Part shown: positions 28,246 through 38,536 of the stretch, piece by piece | How the letters are laid out: every line of letters begins with the position of its first letter | Numbering within the stretch: position 1 is the first letter of the stretch | Origin: an uncultured Gemmatimonadaceae bacterium | GTDB lineage: Bacteria > Gemmatimonadota > Gemmatimonadetes > Gemmatimonadales > GWC2-71-9 | NCBI GenBank assembly: GCA_964585655.1 | Contig: CAZPER010000002.1 | Span: 18,727 to 82,726, forward strand | Reading direction: 5' to 3' | Length of the DNA stretch: 64,000 nucleotides | The notes under the pieces: generated by a model | Databases searched by the model: none | What the model was told of the DNA's origin: nothing | What the model saw: only the letters and a program-made list of their open reading frames with translations | Made by a program: the position numbers and the translations under genes

Positions 28246-29021
28246 CCGTTGACCTCGATCGAAAGCCCGTCGTAGGCGGGAAGGACCCCGGGCGGCAGCT
28301 GGGCCGCCAGCTCGGCGTGTCCGGTCTCATGGGTGAGGTGGGTGAGGTAGGTGCGTTCCGCCCCGAGCGCGCGGGCGGTGTCGATCGCCTCGCCGATCGA
28401 GAGGTGGGTCGGGTGCGGCCGCCACCAGAGCGAATTGAGCACCAGGACCTCGAGCCCCGCCAGCGCGCCGTACGCCTCCGGTGGCACCGCCTTCACGTCG
28501 GTGATATAGGCAATCGGCCCGAAGCGGTAGCCGAAGACCCGCAGGAACCCATGCTCGAAGGCCAGCGGCAGCACCTGGATTCCGGCGATCTCGGTGGGCA
28601 TCCCCGGCTCCAGGGCCTGCAGCTGGAGCTGCGGCTTCGAGGTGCCCTCAAAGGCGTGCACCTCGTGATCAAAGATGTACCGGAACCCCTCCCGCACCCG
28701 TGCCAGGGTCTCCGCCGGCCCGTAGCACACCAGCGGTCCCCGCTGCTTCACTGAGAAGATGCGGAGATCATCGATCCCGTTGAGGTGATCGGCGTGCTCG
28801 TGGGTGTAGAGCACCGCGTCCACCCGGTTTACCCGGGCGGCCAGCAGCTGCAGCCGCAACTCGGGCCCGGTGTCGATCAGCAGGGTCCGTCCCCCGGCCT
28901 CCAGCAATGCCCCCGACCGGGTCCGCCGGTCCCGCGGGTCATTGGAGCTGCACACCGGACAGTGGCAGCCGATCTGCGGGACGCCGAACGAGGTGCCGGT
29001 GCCGAGGAAGGTGAGCTTCAC
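28242..29021 (-). CDS. MBL-fold metallo-hydrolase (PhnP/beta-lactamase-like)
   Basis: FLGTGTS..., THEHADH zinc motif. GTG start; ATGA overlap with pgi. Confidence 0.75.
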   Translation of the reverse strand: MKLTFLGTGTSFGVPQIGCHCPVCSSNDPRDRRTRSGALLEAGGRTLLIDTGPELRLQLLAARVNRVDAVLYTHEHADHLNGIDDLRIFSVKQRGPLVCYGPAETLARVREGFRYIFDHEVHAFEGTSKPQLQLQALEPGMPTEIAGIQVLPLAFEHGFLRVFGYRFGPIAYITDVKAVPPEAYGALAGLEVLVLNSLWWRPHPTHLSIGEAIDTARALGAERTYLTHLTHETGHAELAAQLPPGVLPAYDGLSIEVNG

Positions 29022-29023
29022 CC

Positions 29024-30499
<1,476 letters not shown>

Positions 30500-30616
30500 G
30501 CTGGCGGGCGTCGGGGGCTCAAGTGGTGGGGAGTCTAATCGTCCGGCGGGAGCGGCGGAACAGCGGCACGCGGCGTCCCGACCGGCGCCGGGGCCCGGAG
30601 CGCCCGCCGCGCCCGA

Positions 30617-32191
30617 TCAGCGGCGAAAGACCACCTCGCCGGCGACGACGGTGAGGCGGACCTGTGCCTCGCGCACCGCGAGCCAGTCCCCCCGCGCCGC
30701 GCCGGCATCCATGCTCCACACCACGAGGTCCGCGTCGTATCCCGGGGCCAGGCGCCCGCGGCGGCCGGCTACCCCTCCGGCGATGGCATTCCCCACCGTG
30801 TAGGCCCGGAGGGCAGTGTCGAAGTCGAGCCGCTCCCCCGCGTGCCAGCCGTCGCCGAAGCTCCCATCCGCCGCCACCCGGGCCATGGCCGCCGCGATCC
30901 CCTGCCGGGGATCAGGGGAGGCCACCGGGACGTCGCTGCCGAAGGCCAGCACCGCGCCGGATGCCTGCAGCGACCGGAACGGGTAGACCCGGCTGGTGCG
31001 GGCTCCCCACCGCTCTTCCGCAAGCGCCACGTCCGCCGGGAGATGTACCGGCTGCATCGACAGCACGATGCCATGCGCCGCGGCGCGGCCCAGGTCGGCG
31101 GGATGGACACACTGGAAATGTTCGATCCGGTGGGGGAGCGCCGCGGAGGGGAGGGGCGCCAGCAGGTCCAGCGCCTGGCGCACCGCGGCATCGCCGATGG
31201 CGTGAATGGTACTGGCGATGCCGGCGCTGGCCGCGGCCTCGACCACCCGTCGCGCGTTGGCGCTGTCCGCCAGCGGCAGTCCGTGGTCGGCGCCCCCCTC
31301 GTAGGGCTCGAGCATCCAGGCCGTCCGGCTCCCCAGACTCCCATCGAGGAAAAGCTTGATGCCCCCCAAGGCCAGCCAACTCGTCCCTTCGCCACTCCGC
31401 GCCTGATGCCGGAGCAGATCCGGCAGCTGCGCCACCGGCGGGTGGAAGAGCACCCGGAGCCGGAGTTCCCCCCGGCGCTCCAGGGTCTGGAAGGCCCGCA
31501 GGGCGTCAGGAGCCTCCATGGAGTGAATGCCGGTGAGGCCCAGGGCATGGGCATCAGTCTGAGCCTGGCGGAGGGCGGCCACGAGCCCCTCAGGGTCCGG
31601 TGCGGGGAGCACGGCGCGGACCAGATCCACGGCGCGCTCGAGCAGCAGCCCTGTGGGTTCCCCGGCCGCGTCGCGGACGATCCGCCCCCCAACGGGATCG
31701 GGGGTATCCCGGTCCACCCCGGCCCGGGCCAGCGCGGCGGTATTGACCCAGGCCGCGTGGATGTCCACCGACTCCAGGAAGACGGGGGCCTGGACCACCG
31801 TGTCGAGCGACCGGCGGTCCGGCGCCTCGTCCCACCGGTTCGCGTCCCAGCCATGGCCCCGGAGCCACCCCTGTTCGATCGTTCCCCCCGCCACGCGGCG
31901 CAGGGCCTCCGACCTCCGGGTGGCACCGGCGAGCTGGACCCGCCGCCGGCCCTGGGCCCACATCGCGAAGTGGGTGTGGCCGTCCACAATACCTGGGGTG
32001 ATCAGGGTGCGGGGAAGGTCATACCTGGGCACCCTCGAAGGGACCCGGCGCTCCAGCTCGGCCGCAGTCGCAACAGCCCGGATGACGCCCTCCTGCCACC
32101 AGATGGCGTCCCCCTCCACGCCCGGACTAAGGGAGAGAACCCGGCCGCCACGTAGCAGGCCGCTGGTTGCGGGGAGGGGGGGAGGATCCAC
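30617..32191 (-). CDS. amidohydrolase family protein (YtcJ-like metal-dependent hydrolase)
   Basis: ITPGIVDGHTHF metal-binding motif, HAIGD, FGSDVPV. ORF 30617..32326 trimmed to the GTG at 32191; start uncertain. Confidence 0.7.
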   Translation of the reverse strand: MDPPPLPATSGLLRGGRVLSLSPGVEGDAIWWQEGVIRAVATAAELERRVPSRVPRYDLPRTLITPGIVDGHTHFAMWAQGRRRVQLAGATRRSEALRRVAGGTIEQGWLRGHGWDANRWDEAPDRRSLDTVVQAPVFLESVDIHAAWVNTAALARAGVDRDTPDPVGGRIVRDAAGEPTGLLLERAVDLVRAVLPAPDPEGLVAALRQAQTDAHALGLTGIHSMEAPDALRAFQTLERRGELRLRVLFHPPVAQLPDLLRHQARSGEGTSWLALGGIKLFLDGSLGSRTAWMLEPYEGGADHGLPLADSANARRVVEAAASAGIASTIHAIGDAAVRQALDLLAPLPSAALPHRIEHFQCVHPADLGRAAAHGIVLSMQPVHLPADVALAEERWGARTSRVYPFRSLQASGAVLAFGSDVPVASPDPRQGIAAAMARVAADGSFGDGWHAGERLDFDTALRAYTVGNAIAGGVAGRRGRLAPGYDADLVVWSMDAGAARGDWLAVREAQVRLTVVAGEVVFRR

Positions 32192-32231
32192 GCCCCAACT
32201 TACTCCGGGTGCCAACCCACGACCATCGGGT

Positions 32232-32643
32232 CGTGGAAAACTGACAAAGGCATCGCAATGACAATTATCCACACCGGAACCGGGGGCCAGTAGGAGCCGC
32301 CACGACTCCGACACCGAGTCTCCCACGCCTGTGGAATCATGCCTTTATCAACATGTGGAATGGGGAAACCGCCTGAATACTGACTGCATGGCGCTGTGGC
32401 ACAAAGAACTAGACCTCCATGTGGTTTTCCACTTGAGGTCAAACGGCTAAACACAGTTCCCACAATGGGAAAAACGCCCCAGCGCATGTTGATAATAGGG
32501 GTGGCGACAGTGTCGCCAGTACCGAGTATTCTATGCACAGTTTGTGTATATGCGCCCGGGATGCTGACCGCCCGGCCTTACCCCGGATGGCATGGCGGAA
32601 AAGCAGAAACCCCGATCCCGGACCGCGGATCGAGGTTTCCACA
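32232..32643. promoter_or_regulatory. AT-rich intergenic region with a cluster of DnaA-box-like motifs
   Basis: Perfect TTATCCACA at 32265-32273 and TTATCAACA at 32345-32353. TCCACA/TGTGGA cores at 32232-40, 32330-37, 32354-61, 32421-32 (GTGGTTTTCCAC palindrome), 32456-64 and 32635-43. AT-rich stretch at 32526-32553. Confidence 0.45.
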
Positions 32644-32666
32644 TCAGCCGGACCCTGGGCGATCCG

Positions 32667-33518
32667 CTATTCCACGAACTTCATCCAGGCCGTGCCACCC
32701 TCCAGCATGGTTCCCACCATCCGGATGGGTGACGCGGTCAGGGCCTCCGCAAGCCTTCCCTTCCCCTGGAATCTCAAGGCCCCGGGCAGTGCTGAGATCC
32801 GCGTGGGATAGGCGCTGAACTCGACCTGCCAGACCCGATTCCCGTCCCCCCTGACCGCCCACTGGTGCCCGACCGGGCTCAGGGTCAGGGTCGAGTCCGG
32901 ACGGGGGTGCCCCGAGAAGAACAGGTCGGTCCGATCGAGGCGCAGCCGGTACTGCTCGTCGTCCGATTCGGGGACGGGCTCGCGGTTGATCTCGATCCGC
33001 TCCATCTGGATGAAGGCCAGCTCCATCTGCCGCTTGAGCCCGGAGTTGTTCGTGGCGAGGACGATCTGGGACAACCCGGGCCCGGATCCCAGCCGGTCCC
33101 CGGTGGCGGCCAGCCCCCACCAGAAGATCGCCAGCGGCTTCTTCCCCCCATCGGCCCGGTCGTAGTCCCGCTTCCCGATGGACACCCCCTTGGTAAACCA
33201 GAGGCAGACCTGGGAGGGAACCCACTCGGCGTACTCCGGCTCGTCTGTGATAACCCGCCGGAGCGCGGGGTGGAGGAGCGGGTAGTCCCGGGCGGCTACG
33301 GGGCGCTGGCCCCTGATGGCCAGGTCCGCGGCCGTGCGGGGCTCGATCAGGAGGTGAACGCACCAGCTCCCCTGCCCCTCCCCGATCTCCCAGGTGACCT
33401 TGGGCTCCGCCTGGGCTGCGGCATCCTGCGCCCGCAGCGACAGCGGGAGGAGCACCAGAACCGACAGGCTCCGGGCGATCGTGGCCATGGAGGTGCAGCG
33501 ACGACGGAACAGGGGCAT
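32667..33518 (-). CDS. hypothetical secreted protein
   Basis: ORF 32667..33980 trimmed to MPLFRRRCTSMATIARSLSVLVLLPLSLRAQD (signal peptide). I recognise no family. Last gene of the thiol-redox operon. Confidence 0.5.
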   Translation of the reverse strand: MPLFRRRCTSMATIARSLSVLVLLPLSLRAQDAAAQAEPKVTWEIGEGQGSWCVHLLIEPRTAADLAIRGQRPVAARDYPLLHPALRRVITDEPEYAEWVPSQVCLWFTKGVSIGKRDYDRADGGKKPLAIFWWGLAATGDRLGSGPGLSQIVLATNNSGLKRQMELAFIQMERIEINREPVPESDDEQYRLRLDRTDLFFSGHPRPDSTLTLSPVGHQWAVRGDGNRVWQVEFSAYPTRISALPGALRFQGKGRLAEALTASPIRMVGTMLEGGTAWMKFVE

Positions 33519-33541
33519 CTGGATGGGATCCCGAGAGAAGG

Positions 33542-34132
33542 TCAGCGGCCCGCCCGGGCGGCGTCCACGGCCCGGTCGAGGTCGCGGTAGGAGGCGGGCT
33601 CCAGGGCGCGGAAGCGGAGATCGGCGTAGGCCACCCGGCCCTGCCGGTCGATGACGTAGACGGTGCGGCGGTTGTATCCCTCCCGATCCGCGCTGCCATA
33701 GAGCTTCGCGACCTTCTGGTCCCGGTCCGAGAGCAGGCGGAAGGGGAGGCCGAGACTGGCGGCGAAGCGCTGCTGCGTCTCGAGCGAGTCGGCGCTGATC
33801 CCCACCACCATGACATCCTCGCCGAACAGCTCGGCATACTGGTCGGCGAAGGTTCGCATCTCGGCGGTACAGCCCGGGGTGAACGCCCTGGGGTAGAACG
33901 CCAGCACGACCACCTTGCCTCGCTGCCCACTCAGGCCGAACCAGGGCTCCGAGCCGACCACCGTGTCCCTGCTGGCCCACGGGAGGAGAAAGTCGGGTGC
34001 CCGGTCTCCCTCACGCGGCCCCGAAACCAGGACCGCGGTGGGGCGACCGGTCGTCGTATCCCGGCCTTGGGCCGAGAGCGGGAGGGCGACAATCAGCCCG
34101 AGGGCCGTGACGGCCACTGACACCATTCGCAT
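33542..34132 (-). CDS. peroxiredoxin (Bcp/AhpC-TSA family) with signal peptide
   Basis: FYPRAFTPGCTAE peroxidatic Cys motif, 196 aa. Confidence 0.8.
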   Translation of the reverse strand: MRMVSVAVTALGLIVALPLSAQGRDTTTGRPTAVLVSGPREGDRAPDFLLPWASRDTVVGSEPWFGLSGQRGKVVVLAFYPRAFTPGCTAEMRTFADQYAELFGEDVMVVGISADSLETQQRFAASLGLPFRLLSDRDQKVAKLYGSADREGYNRRTVYVIDRQGRVAYADLRFRALEPASYRDLDRAVDAARAGR

Positions 34133-34135
34133 GGG

Positions 34136-34642
34136 CTACTCCTGGATTCCGGCCACTCGCTTGAGCGCCGGCTCGAATCGCTGGTCGGCGCCGACGCCGG
34201 TGTAGACCACGTTCCCGGCCTTGTCCACGATCACCACGTAGCTGGTGGCCGGGGCGAGGTAGGCCCGGGTGCTGGCGCCCTGATCGTCGTAGAGCACCCG
34301 GAAGGGGATGGGGTGATCCTCGAGGTAGCGGCGCACCCGCGCGGGGGTCTGGTTGACGGTGACGTTGACTCCGATGAACTCCACCCGGTCTCCCACCAGC
34401 TTCTGCGCCTCCCGGAACCGCGGCAGCAGTTCCTCGCAGTTGGAACACCAGGTGGCCCAGAAGTCGATCAGCACCGGCTTCTTCCCGATCCACTGGCCCA
34501 GGTTCACCGGCTTGCCATCGAGGTCGTTGACGCTGAGCACCGGGGCCCGATCACCGACCCGGATCCCCGACTCACCCTGGGCCGCAAGCGGGGCGGCCAC
34601 CAGCGCCGCCGCGAGGGACCCAGCCTGGAGCAGCATGCGCAT
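34136..34642 (-). CDS. TlpA/ResA-like periplasmic thiol:disulfide oxidoreductase
   Basis: ORF trimmed to [32 protein letters not shown] thioredoxin motif. Its start shares one nt with the ccdA stop. Confidence 0.75.
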   Translation of the reverse strand: MRMLLQAGSLAAALVAAPLAAQGESGIRVGDRAPVLSVNDLDGKPVNLGQWIGKKPVLIDFWATWCSNCEELLPRFREAQKLVGDRVEFIGVNVTVNQTPARVRRYLEDHPIPFRVLYDDQGASTRAYLAPATSYVVIVDKAGNVVYTGVGADQRFEPALKRVAGIQE

Positions 34643-35343
34643 CAGGAGACCATTCCCATCTGGATGAAGTAGTACTCGGCCATGCCCAGCAGGACGACGC
34701 CGGCCCCCCGCTTGATCCACGCGGTCCAGCGCCCGCTCCGGGGGAGCACCGCCGCCATGCCGGAGGTGAGGCCCACCAGCGCCAGCAGCGCGGTCATCCC
34801 GAGTGAAAAGACGAACAGATACAGGAAACCCCACACGGCACTGCCGGTAGTGGTGACGAACGTGAGGGCTGCGGCGAAGGCCGGCGCCCCGCAGGGGGCC
34901 GCCACCAGGCCGGAGGTCGCCCCCATGGCGAAGACCCCGCCCAGCGAGCCACCCCCGAAGCGGTTGGCCCAGTTGAGGAACCGCTGGGGCACCGTCACGG
35001 GAAACACGTCCAGCAGCGCCAGCGCGAAGAGCAGCAACAGGTTGCCGATCGCGAAGTAGGACCACCGGTTGGAGCTGACCGCCCCGAAGAGCGACCCGGT
35101 CAGCCCCGCCAGCAGGCCCAGGGCAGCGTACACCAGCGCCACCCCGAGGATGTACACCGCAGTGTACGCCACGGTCCGTCCCCGGGAACGCTCCCGGGCG
35201 CCGGCGCCACCCAGCACACCGGCGACGATGGGAATCATGGGATAGACGCAGGGAGTCAGGCTGGTCACCAGGCCGGCGCCGAACATCAGCGCCAGTCCGG
35301 TGAGCGGGGCCTCACGCAGTACCTGATCGAGCGGCAGCGCCAT
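34642..35343 (-). CDS. ccdA: cytochrome c biogenesis/thiol-disulfide transporter CcdA (DsbD family)
   Basis: [12 protein letters not shown] and AAPCGAP Cys motifs, 6 TM helices. The start is 35343 or 35358; either overlaps the 3' end of ispG. Confidence 0.8.
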   Translation of the reverse strand: MALPLDQVLREAPLTGLALMFGAGLVTSLTPCVYPMIPIVAGVLGGAGARERSRGRTVAYTAVYILGVALVYAALGLLAGLTGSLFGAVSSNRWSYFAIGNLLLLFALALLDVFPVTVPQRFLNWANRFGGGSLGGVFAMGATSGLVAAPCGAPAFAAALTFVTTTGSAVWGFLYLFVFSLGMTALLALVGLTSGMAAVLPRSGRWTAWIKRGAGVVLLGMAEYYFIQMGMVS

Positions 35344-36547
35344 ACCGGTTTTCCACATACTCGTCGAGGAGGCGGAGGAAGTCGGCCACGATGGTGTCCC
35401 CCTTGAGGGTCACCATCAGGCGGCCGTCCACATAGACCGGCGCCTTGGGCTCCTCGAACGTACCCGGGAGGGAAATACCGATGTTGGCGTGCTTCGACTC
35501 TCCCGGCCCGTTCACCACGCACCCCATGACCGCCAGCTTAAGCTCCTCCACGCCGGGATAGCGCTCCCGCCACTCGGGCATCTGCTGCCGCAGGTAGCCC
35601 TGGATATCCTCGGCCATCTGCTGGAAGAAGGTGCTGGTGGTGCGGCCGCAGCCCGGGCAGGCGGTCACCTGGGGCGCGAAGCTCCGCAGCTCCAGCGACT
35701 GGAGGATCTGTTGCGCCACCAGCACCTCCTCGGTCCGGTCGCCCCCAGGCCGTGGGGTCAGGGAGACCCGGATGGTGTCCCCGATCCCCTCCTGCAGCAG
35801 GATGGCGAGCCCCGCGGCGCTGGCGACCACCCCCTTGGTGCCCATCCCCGCCTCGGTGAGGCCCAGATGGAGCGGGTAGTCGCAGCGTGCGGCCAGCAGC
35901 CGGTAGACCTCCACCAGGTCCTGCACCCCGGACACCTTTGCGCTCAGGATGATCCGGTCGTGCGCCATCCCAAGCGACTCGGCATGGGCCGCGGAGCGCA
36001 GCGCGCTCTCGAGCATGGCGTCCATCATCACGTCCCGGGCGTCCCGCGGCGCGGGGAGGAGGGCGTTGGCGTCCATCAGTTCGGTGAGCAGGATCTGGTC
36101 CAGGGAGCCCCAGTTCACTCCGATCCGCACCGGCTTGTCGTACCGGAGCGCCACCTCGATGATCGCCCGGAAATTCTCGTCCGCCCGCTTGCCGCCCACG
36201 TTTCCGGGGTTGATCCGGTACTTGGCCAGGGAGGCGGCGCACTCCGGATGACGGGTAAGAAGAATGTGGCCGTTGTAGTGGAAGTCCCCGATGATCGGGA
36301 CGGTGACCCCCTGCTCCGCCAGCCCGGCCACGATGGCCGGCACCGCCTGGGCCGCCGCTTCGTTGTTGACGGTCACCCGGACCAGCTGACTCCCCGCCTT
36401 GGCGAGCGCCACCACCTGCCGGATCGTCCCGGGGACATCGGCGGTGTCGGTGTTGGTCATGGACTGGACCACGATCGGGTGGTCGCTGCCTACGGGGACG
36501 TCACCGATCCAGGTGGTGACGGTCGGCCGGCGGGTGGCGTTTGACAT
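35312..36547 (-). CDS. ispG: 4-hydroxy-3-methylbut-2-en-1-yl diphosphate synthase
   Basis: ORF trimmed to [23 protein letters not shown], and CPGCGRT plus [10 protein letters not shown] Fe-S Cys motifs. Confidence 0.9.
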   Translation of the reverse strand: MSNATRRPTVTTWIGDVPVGSDHPIVVQSMTNTDTADVPGTIRQVVALAKAGSQLVRVTVNNEAAAQAVPAIVAGLAEQGVTVPIIGDFHYNGHILLTRHPECAASLAKYRINPGNVGGKRADENFRAIIEVALRYDKPVRIGVNWGSLDQILLTELMDANALLPAPRDARDVMMDAMLESALRSAAHAESLGMAHDRIILSAKVSGVQDLVEVYRLLAARCDYPLHLGLTEAGMGTKGVVASAAGLAILLQEGIGDTIRVSLTPRPGGDRTEEVLVAQQILQSLELRSFAPQVTACPGCGRTTSTFFQQMAEDIQGYLRQQMPEWRERYPGVEELKLAVMGCVVNGPGESKHANIGISLPGTFEEPKAPVYVDGRLMVTLKGDTIVADFLRLLDEYVENRYGAAARSGTA

Positions 36548-36597
36548 GGCGGGAAATATATCCCGGCGCGTGACCGGGGAATTGTCCGGGGGCCGGA

Positions 36598-37473
36598 TCA
36601 GCTCCGGTCGAACTGCGCCTCGGTGATGGCGGCAAGGTCCGCCGGGGTGAGTGTCAGGTCCGCCGCGCCGGTGCTGTCGAGGATGTGCTCCACCTTGCGG
36701 GCGCTCGGAATGACGAAGACGGTCGGGCCCTGGGCCAGGACCCAGGCCAGGCAGAGCTGGTGGGCGCCCAGCCCCGTCCGCCGGGCGATCGCGGAGAGCA
36801 CAGGGTCCGTTGGCAGCTTCCTGGTGAGCCGTCCGCCGCCGGTCGGGCTGTAGGCCAGGAAGCCGATGCCCTGCTCCCCGCAATAGCGCACGACCCCGTC
36901 CTGGATCGCCTCGCGGAAGTAGGGGTTGAGCCGATTCTGCACCGTGGCGATCGGTGCGACCCCCTGCGCCTGCCGGATCTGGTCCACCGAAACATTGGAC
37001 AGCCCCAGCCACCGGATCTTCCCAGCGCGCCGCAGCTCGGCCAGCGCCCCGACGCTCTCGAGGAACGGCACTGCCGGGTCGGGCGCGTGCAGCTGGTACA
37101 GGGCGACCTGTTCCACGCCCAGCGCCCGGAGCGACGCGTCGCAGGCGGCCCGGAGGCTCTCGGGCCGGCCATCGCGGTCCCACCGCCCCCCGGTTCGCAC
37201 GATCCCGCCCTTGGTGGCCACCACCACCCGTTCCCGCGCCCCGCGCCATTCCCGGAGCGCCCGGGCGATCAGGCGCTCGTTGTGTCCGGTGTCGGCCGCG
37301 TCGAGGCAATAGGCGTTGGCGGTGTCGATGAGCGTCACGCCGGCGTCGAGGCCGGCGTGAATCACCCGAATGCCCTGTGCTTCCGGGGGCCGGTCCTGGA
37401 TGGAGAGGTGCATCCCGCCATAACCGACGACGGAGACCGCGGGGAGGCCGGGGCCGAGGGGGAGGACACGCAT
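36598..37473 (-). CDS. aldo/keto reductase
   Basis: GYGGM...[15 protein letters not shown], 291 aa. Confidence 0.85.
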   Translation of the reverse strand: MRVLPLGPGLPAVSVVGYGGMHLSIQDRPPEAQGIRVIHAGLDAGVTLIDTANAYCLDAADTGHNERLIARALREWRGARERVVVATKGGIVRTGGRWDRDGRPESLRAACDASLRALGVEQVALYQLHAPDPAVPFLESVGALAELRRAGKIRWLGLSNVSVDQIRQAQGVAPIATVQNRLNPYFREAIQDGVVRYCGEQGIGFLAYSPTGGGRLTRKLPTDPVLSAIARRTGLGAHQLCLAWVLAQGPTVFVIPSARKVEHILDSTGAADLTLTPADLAAITEAQFDRS

Positions 37474-37527
37474 GGTCAGGGGCGCCGTCAGGGGGCCGGA
37501 CGGCGGCGAGCCGCCGGCCGGGCGGAA

Positions 37528-37794
37528 CTACCGCATGCCGAGCTGGGCGATCAACCGGAAGTGCTCCTTCTCGGTGATGTCCCCGGCATCGAGCAGGGGC
37601 TTGAGGGCGGCGACGATTTCATCGCGCCCGCCGTCGATCCGCCGGTCCCGCAGCTCCTGGATCATCCGGGCGAACTTCATGTCGTAGGCATCCGCCTTGA
37701 GTTCGCCACTCTTCCGCGCGGCGGACAGCTTGGCGATTTCCTGGGCGACGCGCGCCGGCTTGATGGGGGTCAGATCGCCGGGCTGATCGGACAT
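37528..37794 (-). CDS. hypothetical small protein
   Basis: 88 aa from MSDQPGDL with a protein-like charged helical composition. I recognise no family. Confidence 0.4.
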   Translation of the reverse strand: MSDQPGDLTPIKPARVAQEIAKLSAARKSGELKADAYDMKFARMIQELRDRRIDGGRDEIVAALKPLLDAGDITEKEHFRLIAQLGMR

Positions 37795-37848
37795 TGCGCG
37801 AACCTCTGCTGCAGGGGGTAAGGGCCATTCCACGAGTGGAAGCCCAAG

Positions 37849-38424
37849 CTACACCCGGCGTTCCGCCGCCGCCACCGTGCGGGTGGGGTCTGCGGTGGCC
37901 CAGGTGACGTCGGCGGTTGGGCCATAGGTCGGGGGAACCCGGTCCTCCAGCAGCCTGAGGCAGACGCCGACCTGTGCGCGGTGGTGGGCGGTGTGGAGCA
38001 CCCGCCGCCAGAACACCCAGATTCGCTCACGGGTCACGTCGAAGAATGGGACGTGACCCTGCCAGAACGCCTCATCACCGGCGGCCAGCCCGGCGAGCCG
38101 GGCCCCGGCCAGTTCCACGTAGCGCGCGATGTAGGCGGTCACCGCCGCGTTCCCGCCCGGGAGCAGCGTCGCTGCCGCCGGCTCGGAGAACCCCATGAAC
38201 TCGGCGAAGAACCGGCGCTCGGAGAGAATCTGGTGGGTGAGGATCTCCCGCACGGTGCTGCTCTTCGAGTGGGGCCGGAAGCCGAGCTGGTCGTCCCGCA
38301 GTGCACTCCAGACGGAGGCGGTCTTGTTGGTCTCCGAGACGTAGGTCTCGACCAGGTGCTGGAACAGCGGGTGGGCGGCGGAGGGGATGCCCGCGGCGGG
38401 GAGGAACTCTCGCTCGTAGTCCAT
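37849..38424 (-). CDS. DinB superfamily protein
   Basis: 191 aa with a four-helix-bundle pattern: H at ...REILTHQ... and C-terminal ...HTAHHRAQ metal-binding His triad. Confidence 0.7.
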   Translation of the reverse strand: MDYEREFLPAAGIPSAAHPLFQHLVETYVSETNKTASVWSALRDDQLGFRPHSKSSTVREILTHQILSERRFFAEFMGFSEPAAATLLPGGNAAVTAYIARYVELAGARLAGLAAGDEAFWQGHVPFFDVTRERIWVFWRRVLHTAHHRAQVGVCLRLLEDRVPPTYGPTADVTWATADPTRTVAAAERRV

Positions 38425-38536
38425 GGGGGCTCCTGGGGCTGGACGCGCCCGTCAAGATGTTGCGGCAGGCCGGAAAAGGCGACGGGGGACGGATGTGGTG
38501 TCCGCCCCCCGTTCCTTCCCGGGCTCGGCTACAGCG

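Noticed and set aside
32200-32642. Small ORFs inside the AT-rich gap (32200-32538, 32396-32818, 32439-32642, 32533-32811) as possible accessory genes.
   Set aside because: No recognisable motifs and odd composition. They overlap each other in several frames, and none has an obvious RBS plus start context. The region is treated as non-coding.
32200-32667. tmRNA, RNase P RNA or a tRNA hidden in the AT-rich gap.
   Set aside because: I could not find the tRNA-like acceptor/T-arm end (GGTTCGA-type T-loop plus CCA context), a tag-peptide frame, or the RNase P GAGGAAAGTCC-type conserved region on either strand. Composition is also unlike structured RNAs of a high-GC genome. A novel sRNA cannot be excluded.
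32644-33930. Alternative 428-aa frame overlapping the hypothetical secreted protein and the peroxiredoxin.
   Set aside because: Low-complexity Arg/Pro/Gly translation. The other frame gives a signal peptide and balanced composition.
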